Assembly (NCBI GenBank): GCA_002104905.1
Contig: MCFE01000204.1
Coordinates: 66,453-130,452, forward strand
Source of the DNA: Basidiobolus meristosporus CBS 931.73
Taxonomy: Eukaryota; Fungi; Basidiobolomycota
Reading direction: 5' to 3'
Length of the DNA: 64,000 nucleotides
The stretch's first letter is position 1, and each line of letters begins with the position of its first letter. Position numbers and translations under genes: made by a program. Under the pieces are notes generated by a model. The model did no database searches. It was not told the origin of the DNA and saw nothing but the letters and a program-made list of their open reading frames with translations. Below are positions 26,864 through 40,784 of this stretch, piece after piece.

Positions 26864-29721
26864 TACTTTTGAAGATGCCTTTGTATAAGAATAGACTTAC
26901 GAATCTTTGTACCAACGGATTTTCAGGATGTTGGTCCATTCAAATTCGTAGAACCACCTTGACGTAATAGATTAGCAAAGGCTAATCACACAGTAGTTAC
27001 TGCTTGTACTTGTTTGACATGTCTTCCCTGCCCACTACCTTGGTTTATTTGTTATTAAAATCCAGTGTAAACTTATGCATAGTCCACAAGGTCGAGTCGT
27101 TCGAGGTTTAGCAAATTCAATGCATTGCGTGTTGGCGCTCAGACACATGGAATCGCGTATATATTCATCCTCCAAAGATCCGAAGCTGGTTGAAAATATT
27201 ATCCGAATGTTTAACCCTCCCGAGTATAGCCAGCCACCCGAAAGATCCTCCAGTAAATTCATGCCTGCATTCGTATCCTGAGAACCTATTTTGGCAATGA
27301 TGCACTAAATCCCGTGGCTTTGAGCGCGCAAACACATGGGATTCGGTTGGCTAACCAATTGAAGGGAAATATTTTTACAATTTCTCCGATTTTTCTATGT
27401 ATAATGAGGGCCAGAAAGTTTAGTCCAGAATGGTTAAAATGCTGTATATATGCATTCTTGCTTTTTGTGGTGATATCAGGTACAACCTACTCTAGATATA
27501 GCATAGTACGGTAGGGGGTTCTTCCAAATTTCAAAACCGTAAACGTGGTCTTTATATGAGAAGCCACTACCCAGCATTTCAATTTGGGTCAGATATTTCA
27601 GCAAGTGGAAGTAAACCACACTGGAACGCACTACGTTAGAAAAGACCCATTAGGAAGTCAATTGCAGAAGGGCATTTCACAAGTGCAACGAACACTCTCG
27701 CTGTGCACATTCCGCTTACCCACTCACCCCTAGCCCATTGATAATCATTGACAGAATCGAAGCCCTCTTTAGGCAAGTCGTTTCAATAGCTTCGGTATTT
27801 CCCATGTCAGCCGCCCATCCGCGGCTCAAATTTCCGCGAGCTTAATTTAGAACAATCACCAACCAGCCTTAGATATTCGCGCAGGATGATACTATCGAAA
27901 CTCAAGATATGCTGGATTCTATTATAACCAGCAACATTTGTACAAAAGCTTGATCATCGTGCAACCGTATCGCTGATCTAACAACCAAATCAAGAAACCT
28001 GAATGCTGGAAAATTTACACAGTAAGTACAAAATGTCATTACCAGCATAGTGATGTTTAAGGGAGCGTCATCAGTTGCTTCATCGAGGAAATAGAGCACA
28101 AATTGGATACCTAACATGTGGTCTGCATCGAAAATGTGGCATGCTAACAAGTTTTGGGGTATCAAAGAACATAAAGACTGCCATATACCTTTGCCATCCG
28201 CAGTCTGCTCATTTGGAAACCATTTTGCCCACAGTAATAGATTTCAATACAATTAGCCGATAAGATCTAGGACTCGGATTGCAAGGATGACATCTTAAAT
28301 GCGGAAATTAGGCTGGCTTTACTCCGCAATTCTATATATTCAACAAACACGCTCTGGCTGAAGATAGCACTATGTGACACCAAGCAAACAACTGGGAGTC
28401 GCTTAAAACCAATTCATGGCTGGATTGCAGTTGTACAGCCGCAATCTCATTTACCAATCTGATGATGACTTGTGCAGTTGTATTCAAGGTTTGTGCATCT
28501 GAGATTGGAACAAGGTTCCACTCGAAGAACTTACGGAAAATAGGGCAACTGTTGGACAAAGGGCCTTCGTGAACAGTAGATGGCTATGAGCCGTAAAGCA
28601 ATGCGTATTAACGTATCAAATCAGTGCCTATTCTACTATATTAGCACAATGTGGTCATGCGCTTTCATTTATCAAGCACAAACAACCAGGCTTCCTTGCT
28701 GGTAAACATGCATCTCATTCTGAAAAAGCAAAGGAATAATCGCATTGGACAAGATAGCTTCCGACCTGGAGCCTTATCTAATGCGATGCCTTCATCCCCC
28801 TAATTTTCCAGCAGCTTTGCACTCGAGAGTAAGAAATCTGACAGTGAACAACACGATGTATGGTAGAATGAGGTTACTCATTAAATATCCAGAGCGATAA
28901 CCCTGGCTTACAGATTTGTACGAATCTCTATGTGGTTATATCTGATCAGAGAGGCATTCCGGATTCCACCGACTATTATCAAGAATCACCAACAGCAGAT
29001 TTCTCGTAGCCTCTACACTGAGGCCATGTGCCACCGTAGCTTTGATCCAATTAATCAAATAGGGGTGTCGTCCCAATCTAAACAGTTGCTTTATTCGCAG
29101 ATTTCTTGGCACTCTTAACATAGATTTTGTTATTGAAAACGATGAAGTGGATTAATAATCAGTCAACCACACAGAATGCTCGGCAAAATATGGTAGAACA
29201 TCACCTCTATGACTTGTCACTTTGTTTTAGGTTCACCCAGCTAGAGTTAATCCCTGTCATTCGCCGATTTTCCTAGTTGGGAAAGCTGTTAATGGCTGAA
29301 TTATACCCTTGTCGGTCCGTTATTTGGCAGGTAACCGAGTCAAAATCATTCAATGAGCATAGGTGTTTGAGGCTCTAATTAGCACGGTTATTAAGATTGC
29401 ATACTGAGCCTAGTTTTTCTTAACGTAATCTATATTCTACCTTGGATTATGTTTATTTGGGCCAGTTTTCCCGAACCTTGATTTTCGTTTTACAGCGTGA
29501 AAGATAAATTGAGTTGATCCATGTAAAATCGCCTATTTGTATAAATAGATGGAATCCTCTTCTCCGCTTGGCTATACATCATCCTTTATAATTCTGTTGC
29601 TAATCAACCTCGGCTTGCTCTCGATCTCCTCGCCAATATTGTACAGTTATCGTGGCACTAACTTCCGATTCCAAAGCCCGCTCCAAATCGCCCACAGCCT
29701 GGAGCCCACTACAATTCTATT

Positions 29722-30666
29722 ATGCAAACTTATTTTGGTTACATCGAATCAGTTCTCGATGCGCTCTTGGTGATTGAAGCCTGTCGTTTGGGCTATCTTA
29801 ATCGGGTGCAAAGACGATTGAGTGAGAAAGAACGGCAGAACCTTCAGTCGGGCTCTGTATATGTTTGGGAGGAAGAGGAATCTGGGATGCGTCGTTGGAC
29901 AGATGGTCGAGCATGGTCTCCTTCACGTGTCCTTGGAAGTTTTTTGGTTTATCGTGAGCTCGAGAATAAACGGAAATACAATAAATCCCTGTTGAATCAC
30001 CCCTCTCCTCCATTATCCGTTATAGAAGGGGATCTAAGTGACAAGCGCGACAATTCCCATATGGAGTTCCCGTTTAAAGATCACGGCCTGGTCAAGCAGT
30101 CTCTTTCGGTTACCACCGCTAGCAATCGCAAACTCCACCTGATTAGTTACTATTCCAAAGAACACATCGCCTCCGGCCGGTTGAAAACGCCCTCCATTGA
30201 TCCTTTCTTTTCTCATATCCGGGTTCCTAAAGGACTCTACCCTGACATGAATGCTGAGTATGAGGATACTCGATTCCTGTTAGCTGATAATCCTCAAGCT
30301 ATCAGCACCAGGTCCAATTCATTGGCATTTCGGCCGACCCGCTCAGATTCTTGGGAAAACCAAAATCAAAGTGCGCTAGTCAAGACACCGAACCATGAAC
30401 GTTCGTCGCCATTCCAACATACATCGCTCCTACCAAGCCCACCAGCCCCCGAGCAAGCTTCAGTCTCAGCAGCAGAGCTAGACCTTCCACCACTCAAGTT
30501 ACCCCGACTCCCTAGTCTTAACCTGATAGCAGATGTTCGCTCAACACCACCAAACACCCTTACACCTCACCCTACACTCCCTCCATTGGTAGTTCCAATG
30601 CCTAATATCTCCACTAGTGAAGATCATCGGCAATTAGCCCATTTGTCAACAACGTTCTCGATCTAG
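29722..30666 (+). CDS. Gti1/Pac2 (WOPR) family regulator, single exon
   Basis: TYFGYIESVLDALLVIEACRLG, SGSVYVWEEEESGMRRWTDGRAWSPSR, GLVKQSLS, HLISYY and C-terminal EDHRQL. Confidence 0.92.
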   Translation: MQTYFGYIESVLDALLVIEACRLGYLNRVQRRLSEKERQNLQSGSVYVWEEEESGMRRWTDGRAWSPSRVLGSFLVYRELENKRKYNKSLLNHPSPPLSVIEGDLSDKRDNSHMEFPFKDHGLVKQSLSVTTASNRKLHLISYYSKEHIASGRLKTPSIDPFFSHIRVPKGLYPDMNAEYEDTRFLLADNPQAISTRSNSLAFRPTRSDSWENQNQSALVKTPNHERSSPFQHTSLLPSPPAPEQASVSAAELDLPPLKLPRLPSLNLIADVRSTPPNTLTPHPTLPPLVVPMPNISTSEDHRQLAHLSTTFSI

Positions 30667-32016
30667 AATACTTTCCCATTCATTTCTCCCTAATGCTCTA
30701 ACCAACAACGAGATGAGTCACCTTCATTCATCGGGTTCAAGTTAGGTGGTGACTCTTGGAGAATGATTTGAGTCTGTTTTTACAGACGTCAAATCCGTTC
30801 ACGATTACTTTGATGCAATTCCACCGGACTCGACCATGTAATCCTTTTGATTGTTTACTCTGTATTTCTCTTTTCAATGCTTTTGTATATAGCGCTCAAT
30901 AAAAAGATGATCAAAAAGTATGGACCATGAATCATTATGGGTTGTGAGTGGTGTTTCCGGATAAATGGTAAATGGCCCAGTTACCCCGACAAGCAAAGAA
31001 AGTCCGGTTGATAATTGATTGACTCGGTGGTACATTAAGCCGGATTCTCCTTGAGCGATAAGTGCTTGCATTACGATAAACCAGCTAGATCTAATATGCC
31101 AAGACCACCCAAACATCTTGCTGAAGCAATAGACAACTTCGGGAGAATTGATAACAATTTTGCACAATACATCGAACCAGAAGTAGAGCTGATATATAGA
31201 GCTAACCATCGGATGATTGTTGCATAGCTACTCTACATTACCTGGTTAGATATTGCAACTGCGCCTGTGGAATGTCGCTTTCGAAAGCGACGGATATCCA
31301 CAATACCTGGTTTGAAAATAAGAAATTATTGAATGCAATAATCGGATCCCTGCGGGTTCAACCGATCATCCTGACCATCCAGATACTTCCAAATCTGTTC
31401 ATATTCAGGCCAAATGAGCTAATGCTTGATTACATGGAGCTAACCTTATTCCTCCCTGTCACGGATCAGATCATCCACCGTGTAATCACACTGATTGCTT
31501 GAGCCGGCTCTACGAACTGTAAATTCTATCGTGCAATAGGAATAATATAGGTGTTAGAATGTGAGTCATCCCGCCGGTTCGAGAATATTTATCCGAGATT
31601 ACTCGAAACGTGTCACTGAAATGAGACTCAATTTTTCATATTCCTTTAACACATCACTATAACCAGAAAACAGGCTTATCTATTGATAAATAGTACCTAA
31701 CATGCTTATATACATCGACTTCGAAGACCACTTCCTGTCTTGCGGGTGATCTTCCCGGTGTAAAACGACCTCAAAAAGCGAATTGTCAAATAGACCACAG
31801 CCATTTGACAGCTTTTATCATCATGTTCAATCGGTGTCTGGGGAGGACGTCCGATTGTACGTTAAAGTTCTAATCTGTCGTGGTGAAGGATAAAAATGAG
31901 GGCTCTACATATCGATTGCTACCTTTTACGTGAGTGGCTGAAAGAATCGGATGATGGACAGTTCCCTCCCAAAAGAAACAACAAAGATCACGAAGTAAAG
32001 ATGTAGGATGAAGAGA

Positions 32017-32536
32017 TTAAACCATGAAGCTTTGACCACAGCCACAAGTTTCTTTGATATTGGGGTTATGAAAAACGAATTGGGAGGATAATTTGTCCTC
32101 AATGTAATCCATTTCGAAAGTAAAGCCTTGGAATCTATCAGCACACACACACCTAAATTACTTCATAAATAAATAATTAGTAGGGGACATAGTCGAAATA
32201 TTAGAAAGTTTCTGTAACCATCTTGCTTGACTTCTTCGTCAAACCTTTCCTTTTTCCCTGTGTATTCTAAAGAATAGCTTAGGCCAGAGCAACCTTTAGT
32301 CTTAACGCCTATTTTTAGCCACTGAGGGTTCAGGCCATCCTGGTTGCTGCGCTCTGAAAGCTGTTTAATTCTGTTGATTGCAGCAGGCGTCTGGTTGGTG
32401 GCAACAAACCGAGCGTCAGAAGGCAATCGAAAGGATCATATCGTGAGTCATTTACTATAGTGATGACTGGCTTTCGTGAGCGAAGGGTTGGGGCAGTCTG
32501 AGCGGCAGCCTTCTTGACCGTAGCAATTATAGACAT
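32017..32536 (-). CDS. ISA1: Iron-sulfur cluster assembly A-type carrier (IscA/Isa1), 3 exons; as assembled, the last exon is frameshifted
   Basis: RKPVITI|[22 protein letters not shown] and DG|[11 protein letters not shown]. The conserved tail [30 protein letters not shown] is present only in a different frame. Confidence 0.85.
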
Positions 32537-33494
32537 CGATGTGATTGTGAGGTTCAGGAATCTAGTGAAATCTTCAACAACCAGGCATGATGCTTCTTAT
32601 GATTCAACTGATGAGACAAATGGTGGCTCCTTAATAAGAAGTCACGTTTCTTGATTATCAGTGTCATCACTTGCGGGAGTTACACATCAACACAATGGCT
32701 TAATTTGATCTGCAAAGGTAAAATGTAGCATTGCCATCCTCTGTGGAATGGATAGATACGTGTGGACTGCAGTGCTACGCTGCTCAGAGCAAAAACCAAG
32801 CTTACGGATACTTGATTCGAGTGTTTGAGTTTGAGGGTCACGCAACATTGGTGGATGGCAAATGGTAGGCGTCGTGGCAATTGGTTCTGAATCGTAAACA
32901 AATGGTGACATAAATACAGGTGTTTTGGCAGCGCTCAGTGATTATCAGATTCAGAATGTCATCGAATTGTTTTTGTGGTGCAAACTACAGCATGGCAGTT
33001 GCCAAGATAGTAGCATTCCAATAGGTCGGATGTACGAAATGACTTGTATGTGATCGACACATATCGATTGTCTATATATGGACCACATTTGTGGTAATCG
33101 TCAGTGTAAATGCTGCGTTTCCATGAAAGCTGATGCACTTGCGTGCATACCAATATGGCTATACTAAAGCTATTGCTAAGCACACCCATTTACTTACAAC
33201 CTGCTTTTACATTTGGCCACTTCCAAATTTATTCATTTCGTTGGGCTGTAGTGTTGATACAAGGCTGCTTGATCCTTTAATTAGGCGTAAAGCAACTTGG
33301 CATATTTTCGAGGTGGATATCAGTAATATTTGTAGGTGCCAAATGATTTTATTTATAGCTCCTGTTGCTCTTACTCCTCTTATCGCATACCTAACTTTTT
33401 GTTGACAATACACTTTTCTTGTACACTTGTATTTTTCTTTCTATATATTTATTTCCCATCCCCACTCTTATTCAAAACGCTCAAACATCGTTCG

Positions 33495-36400
33495 ATGCCA
33501 CTGGTTACCAATCCTTCAAGTCCAGCGATTCACAGAAGAGGCTCCAGTGTTGATATCGAGGAGCTGGAAAGAAAAGCAGAGATCGTTGAAGACCAGGATC
33601 TGTCTATAGAAAGCTGGATAACTCAGGCAAAGCGGCTGTATGATCAGGTACTTACTTTCAGCAATTTATTCTGAAAACAGCGTTGTTTTCGAGCCTGTTT
33701 GCCTTCTTGACAGTATCCATTTGCCTAATGTCTTGTTGCCTTTGGTTTGTTAGGCTAAATTGTCGAACGACAAAGATGATTGGGAAAATGCTTACATACA
33801 GTACCTCAAATTCAACAAGTTCGTAGACGTCACTTATTATTACTATACTTAATGTTTAAACTCAACCTCACGTGCAGCATCGTCACTACTATTCTACCTC
33901 AGCATAATGTGGAATTGAGAAAGGTAAACTGGCAGTTATAGGTATTCATAGCAGCAGCTAATATGTCAATTTACAGAGGGCGTTTGAAGTAGCCTCAATT
34001 CTCAAGGAGCTAAAAAATAAGCTAATACGGAAGTCCGATGATACTGTATCCCAAGGTGGTGCGGAGCATCATTCTTCAAAGACTGGTGTTGTCTCCCCCA
34101 AGAGAAACGTTATTTCTAACCATGCTCAGGATCTTATTCGTAAGTTTTCTGCAATGGCTGAGACATCACAAGTTTTACCAGTATCAGCATCACATCGCAG
34201 TCTGCCCCTCACTACAAATTCAAGAAACCCTATTCATACCAAGACTCAGGAAAAGTTAGCACCACCAAGTCACACTCAAGAGGAAACAAAGAAATTCGAG
34301 CCACAATTGGGAAAAGTTACTGGCCCAAGTAATATCTCAAATGAGGGGCCAACTCTTCGTGCTCCTCCAAGACCGAGCGGCAGCGACGCAAGGTATCGGC
34401 TAGTACAAGAGAAATCGTTCATTAAAGATGCTTACAGCAGCACTCAAACCGGATCAGAATCTTCTTCAAACGTTGATTTAAATAAGCCGAATATTCGTCC
34501 CCATACATCCCTTGTGAACTCTTCAAAAGTACCACTCGAAGACATAGAGAAGCCAAGCGCGGCAAACGAAATTACAACTCAACCATTTGCATCCCCGAAA
34601 TCCAAGAAATACATTCCTACTTCTGTATTTGCTTCCTACCGAGTTGAGAAACGTAAATCCTTAGCTGAACGACCTGCAACCAAAGCCACTGTGCTGGAAC
34701 CATCCGCAGCTCCTCATAGCTCTGAAGAGCCGTCAGTAAAATTGACTCAACCAGAAGCCAATTCCACGGTGGAGCCTAACTCACCAAGTGAACCTCAACA
34801 TGCTTATGACGACTGTACTGCTAAAAAGTTGGACCTGGCATCTACTGATGTCCGTGCGGCGAGCGGCCACAACGCTGACGGAATCTACAGCACCTTCGAT
34901 CCGGAACTCTATGAAGCTTCACTTAGATTTCCTCATATAGAGACTGCCCAAGATTCTTTACCGGATACTCCATCAGAGTCCGATGTGGATTTTGATGAGG
35001 TATCTCAAAGATTTCCCAGCTTGGAGCATGGCGGCTCAATACGGACTGCTCTTTTGAATACTTCCCAAGCCAAAGTACGGCCATATAGGGCTTACAGCCA
35101 ACCCAATGACGACGAGACCACTCACATGACAGATGAAGACGCGGTCGCATCTAAATTCCCTGCTCTCTCTGGCTTGAATCAAATCGAGAAGATAGACACT
35201 GAACCGATTCCTAGCGTTGATTCCGAGAAGGATGACATCAAAGAGGACCATGAGCGAGAGAGCAGCTCAGCACTCAAGCCGATACGAAGACAGAAATCTC
35301 AATTCTCATTTAAATCACGAGCCCCATCAAGGCGTTGGTCCAGCTCAGTGTCAATTTCTCAAACCAACTTTGCTTTTCCTCACGCGACTGTCATATCCAC
35401 CAATATATTACATAGGTACCTCACCCAGTTGAGTAATCCTCCGTCAATACTATTGATGGATATCAGGCCAAGGGAAGATTTTCAGGCGGGCCATATTGAA
35501 GCTAGATACATTATCAATATAGATCCCGTGATTCTTAAGAACGAGTAAGTTGAAGAATTACTATTCCCTTTTGACATCTACTTGCTAACTCATTTACCAA
35601 CCTGAAATTCAGGACTACCTCTTCAAAAATCGAGGCTGCATTGTTAGTATGCTCGAAAAAAGAACAAGCCCTATTCAACGAGAGACACAAATTTGATCTC
35701 ATAGTCTTTTACGATCAAAACTCGGCCTCACTTACACAGCGTCCTATCGAGCTTGGGGGAAGTGTCGTAGCCAATCCGTTGCAACATTTGGTTTCAGCAA
35801 TTTATGAGCGAGAATTCGAGAAAGTGTTGATTCGTATGCCAGTGTTACTCAACGGAGGCTATGAGGCATGGAGAAAAGAGCACGGTAAAACGTTGGTTTC
35901 CCTTGATGAAGCACCAGAGGATGTGCCAACTAGGGTTTGCAGTGCGGAGAATGTTGCAGTTCGCCGACTCGACCCAAGTAGTGCTGAAGCGGATGTTCCT
36001 GAAACTGAGCACAAACGAAATGTCTCTGGTGACTGGTTTGACAAACTGCAAGATACAAGAAGGTAAGGTGGCATCTATGTACATTTTATCAAGTAGTTCT
36101 TGGCATAACATGTTGTTATAGTAAAAATCACAAGTTGAAACGCAATCCCGCCAACTCCAGTCAAATTGAGCTAATGGCCGAGAGACTCGATAGATCGGCT
36201 GTAATAACACCAGCTATCGGACGACCGATTGCCCTCGAAATATATGATTATTTCCAGCAAAACCCTATTCCATCGAGACAAAATACTTACCAGTCTAACT
36301 CTGGGAGTTATGGAGGAAGTCCAAGTATCGGGAGTCAGCAGAGCCTTTATTCTTTACGACCTGTCCCACCTGGACAGCCTCTTATGAGTCAGCAGTCTTA

Positions 36401-38591
36401 CGCATCTTCAAATGGATATCCATCACGGCCGCACCAATCTCAACAGCTTTATGGTGCAGTGGACTCTTCCCGATACTTACAACCGCAGGCCGCCATCTCT
36501 CAACAAGTCTACACTAGTAATCCACCTCGTCCACTGCATCCAACGACGACTCAGCCGGCCATTCATTCAGCTTTTCGTCCACAACAGCAATTCCCCGCCT
36601 ACCCACCTCGTTCAAACCAACCTTTGCAGCAACAACAGATGTACCAGGCGCAGCAACAGCGGGCTCCAGTATTTACCCAACCACCAAGGAGCTTGCAGCC
36701 AGGATTTCCATACCCTGCAAGACCTGGAGCCAACCAAAATTCACCCCCAGAGCTTTCAGGGCTACAAAACCAGCCAGCCTCACCTCAAGACAGTGAGTCA
36801 AATCTGCGTCGACGAAAGACTTTCCTTGATAATCCTTATTATGGATTCACCACCACTAATAGTGTTCGTTACGATCCACCACCACCAGTACCCAAGCGCC
36901 CTTTGCCTCTTCCGCCTAGTGTACCCATAGCAATCGCACAAGTATCCAATCAGCGTATACCACCCATAATGCTACCTCACAATAATCAACGACAGCATCA
37001 GCCTACTATGCTTCATGTGGCATCCCCCCAGCAATATCCCCGCGGACAACAACGTATGCACCATACTCATGCCACTTCACCGACATTTGAGTCATCTGTA
37101 TCCCAACTTGGATCCGTGCGTATTGGCATCACTGGTCTCAAGAATCTAGGAAACACTTGTTTCATGAATTCAGTGCTACAATGCTTAAGTGCTACAGTTC
37201 CTCTGGCAAGATACTTTCTAGGCAAGCCGAAGCATTTCGTTCTTGTACAATGCAGAAATACTAACCATACTTCACGATTTCACAGATGGCAGTTACAAAC
37301 GTCATATTAATGCTACTAATTTCCTGGGAACCGGTGGCATTCTCGCCCAAGCATTTGGTGATCTTATTCGCGTGATGTGGAGCGAACAGTATACTTTCGT
37401 TTCACCTATCACCTTTAGAGTAAGTGAATGATGGTCAAATGGAATACCAACCTATCTAACGGTGAATTTCTTCAAGGATGCTATTGCAAAATTCGCGCCT
37501 CAATTCAAGGGCTCAGATCAGCAAGATTCTCAGGAGCTGCTGGGCTTTCTGTTAGATGGTCTACACGAAGACTTGAATCTAGTAGTTACCAAACCACCAC
37601 CTGACAACAATGAAGATGATGACATGATGGAAAAAATGCCTGAACACATGGCTTCCAATCTAGCCTGGGAAAAGTATTTACTGCGAAATTCGTCCATTAT
37701 TGTGAGCCTGTTTCAAGGGCAATTCAGGTCTAGACTACAATGCACCAGCTGTAAACTAGTAAGAGATCCACTTACACTATGTCCTTGCTTTATCAATGAT
37801 GTAACATTGCTCTATCAGACTTCCACAACGTATAATCCTTTCATGTACCTCTCATTGCCCATCCCTTCACACAATCAGGGGATATCACTATCCGCTTGTT
37901 TGGACGAATTTGTTAGGGAGGAGGTTTTAGATGGTGACGATGCTTGGTATGTGTATCTCGTACTGGGAATCAATACTCAGTATATAAGCTAATCATGCAT
38001 TGATATTGGGTATATCAGGTTCTGCTCTCGATGCAAAACTCGTCGTCGTGCCATTAAGCGATTGACATTATCCAGACTCCCGGATATTCTCTTGATTCAT
38101 CTTAAGAGATTCTCGTTTTCCGGACCCTTTCGAGACAAACTCGAAACTCTTGTGTCTTATCCTTTAAGGTATATATTGTCGTTGCTAAAGATTTTCCTGG
38201 CGTTTTCTCAACCCTTCTGTCATAGAAAACTGGATATGAGGCGCTACCTTCCCTCAAATGAAAACAAAGCCCCAGCAATATACGATCTCTACGCTGTTTC
38301 GAATCACTTTGGCGGATTGAACGGAGGCCATTGTAGGATTTTCCATTTGTATGTTTACTGCGATGTTTACTGATGCCATCATGGTTTAGATACTGCCCAA
38401 GTTAGAAATGGTTATCGTAACCAGTGGCATAATTTTGATGATTCCCGGGTATCTGTTTGTGATGAACGGGCAGTTGTGGTAAGCTAATATATATCGATGT
38501 CCTGAGTCAACGGGGTCTGTACTCATCCTTGACTTCCTTGTAGTCCAAATCAGCATATATCCTCTTTTACGTTAGAACCACCGTTAGTTAA
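33495..38591 (+). CDS. DOA4: Ubiquitin C-terminal hydrolase, Doa4/USP8-like (N-terminal dimer domain, rhodanese, UCH), multi-exon
   Basis: Rhodanese [16 protein letters not shown], Cys box [50 protein letters not shown], His box [14 protein letters not shown]|YTA and terminal SAYILFY. Confidence 0.92.
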
Positions 38592-39153
38592 CGATGTCAC
38601 GTTTTATTTCAATAAGCTATGTTTTCCTCTCAGTTGCATTCTTCTCTTGATTGTATCATATACTCCCGGATATGAAGTGAACAACGCTCTATAAATTGCC
38701 TGAAGCTTCATCCATTGGCATGTTTCAAGCCATATACTACTATTGCCATAAATGGCGAACTCCTTGCGGACAATCGAATGTTTGGTGTCAATGCAAGAAA
38801 AAAATATACAGTATGGATAAAATGCATAGCACCAATATTGTTTACCGGGGTTCCAGATGAAACCTTCGGGACGGCATCAGTATTTTCACAGGTACCAAAC
38901 TGACAGTCTTCTTGAGATACAGAGAAGCTTCGAGAAATTTTCCTTGTTTTATACTTTTACATGCTCAGCATGAAAATCTGAAAGGAACCAAACAAGAACA
39001 CCTTGAAAATCAGGGCTGAAATCGTATTGAAGGGGCAACACTCTGCCATCAGAAGAATCAATTATCATTTAACAAAAAAGAAGCGTTGTTATAATAGCTA
39101 AGCTATAGTCTCAAAAATATGCGAGTTACCCCAATGCGAACAGTGGAAATCCA

Positions 39154-40784
39154 TTAAATACCCAAACAGTCAGCACACATGCACGGAACATCAAATATAT
39201 CATCTGATGCGATATCGGAAGTTGGCCAGCTAATAACGATCTGAGGGCTTGTATCAGACTCAACATCCTCCTTGGACGATAGCATTGGAGTCAAGGGAGG
39301 TGTTGGGAGTGTCTGTATCAGTGTTGGTACGTCTAGGTTCGCTGATGCGGTGTACATGATTTTGGGTGCCTCTGTGACATATTTAGCTAGTTCAGAGAAA
39401 TCAGTGGAATGTCTACGACGTCCTGAGGGGAGCGGGCTAGCTTGAGACTCTTTTGGTCTGGAAGTCAGGATTATCGGATGAGTCTTCCCAGGCTCGGAAA
39501 TGCTACGACGACACCTAGTTATTGTTGCTTGAGTTTGGGATTGCGCACCAGAGTTACTTGAGATGGCGCTTGAGCAAGGTATTAAGGCAGGGGAGAATAT
39601 TTTGCCTATTTTCTTCAGGGTTTTACTGGCACCCTCAACATTAAAGCTCTTCGTGTGACGAAGCTTCTTGGAGTCGGAGCCTTCACACTTAAGGAACTCG
39701 TACACGTCGAAGTCTTGTGAATCCCCTTCCACCCCATGTAATGATTGGTCGTCTGTAATCTCAGCAATTACCTTTAGAGTAGATACTGAGGGTTTAGAGG
39801 CAACGGGTGTAACTACACGTTTTTCGGATAGGATCTCTTGATGCTAATGTATCCGTTATGTTGGGCATTTGATGCGATAGATCTATAAGTTCACACAAAC
39901 CTTCTTTACAGCTTTTGGGTGGGAGAAGTCCTCTGGCCCTGAGTTCTTTAAAAACTCGTAAAGAGTCTCGGATTTCTTGACTTTACTTGGCATGAAATCG
40001 TCAAAATCGTTCGCGCATATATCTATCTCGGGGGACGCTAGTGGACTTGCAGTAGTTGGCTCACGAGACTGTAGTTTCTTCATTTTTTTCAGCACCTAGA
40101 GTAGTAACGGGTGAGGGTCATTCTTGGGGAAGCTGGGAGGCTGGTGTAGTAGTACCTCGATGCTCCGTAGCCGATTGGGAGTCAAGGTGACCTTCTTGGT
40201 GTCATCTGCTTTTAGTACTTCATCAAAATTCAAGCCCTAGAAACATTGGATGAGTTAACCAGGCACAACGATGCTGGAACATATCCAAGTACCCCTGTAA
40301 CCTCCATGTTCGAAGCCATTGTTCGATGGGACTGGATACTCTCCTGGCTTCGGAAAGTTTCCATGGACTTGCTTCTTTGGATGGTTTGATTGTTGATCCC
40401 GGGCAAATACTTCAGAAGATGCTTGGATGATGATCGGGGATTCTTCTCGGTGCTGGAGTGTTTCATCCAGGACTTTCCTTTGCTGAAGAATCCTGAAAAC
40501 GAGGACTTTTTGGGCACACCTGTTAGCATGGACAGTACGTCTTCATCGGTGCTAAGGGATGTCGAGGTTCTCTCAGTGGACGTCTCTGGATCAAGGAGCT
40601 ACCGGATTAGCATAGGAGCAATGATCAGATACTTGATGAATTACATACCAAGCGGTGGGCACTCATCTTCGCTGGATGAGCTCCTATGATGTAAGATGTC
40701 CTTTTTCTAGAACAACGAGTGAGTAACTAGACCCAGTGGTGCGCAGCTTTTATCAAGTACCTCCAAGAGTTTACGTAGAGCCAT
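39154..40784 (-). CDS. Hypothetical Ser/Lys-rich protein, multi-exon; boundaries approximate
   Basis: Three collinear minus-strand ORFs (40529-40230, 40095-39883, 39732-39154) of similar low-complexity composition with plausible GT-AG joins. No recognisable domain. Confidence 0.4.
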
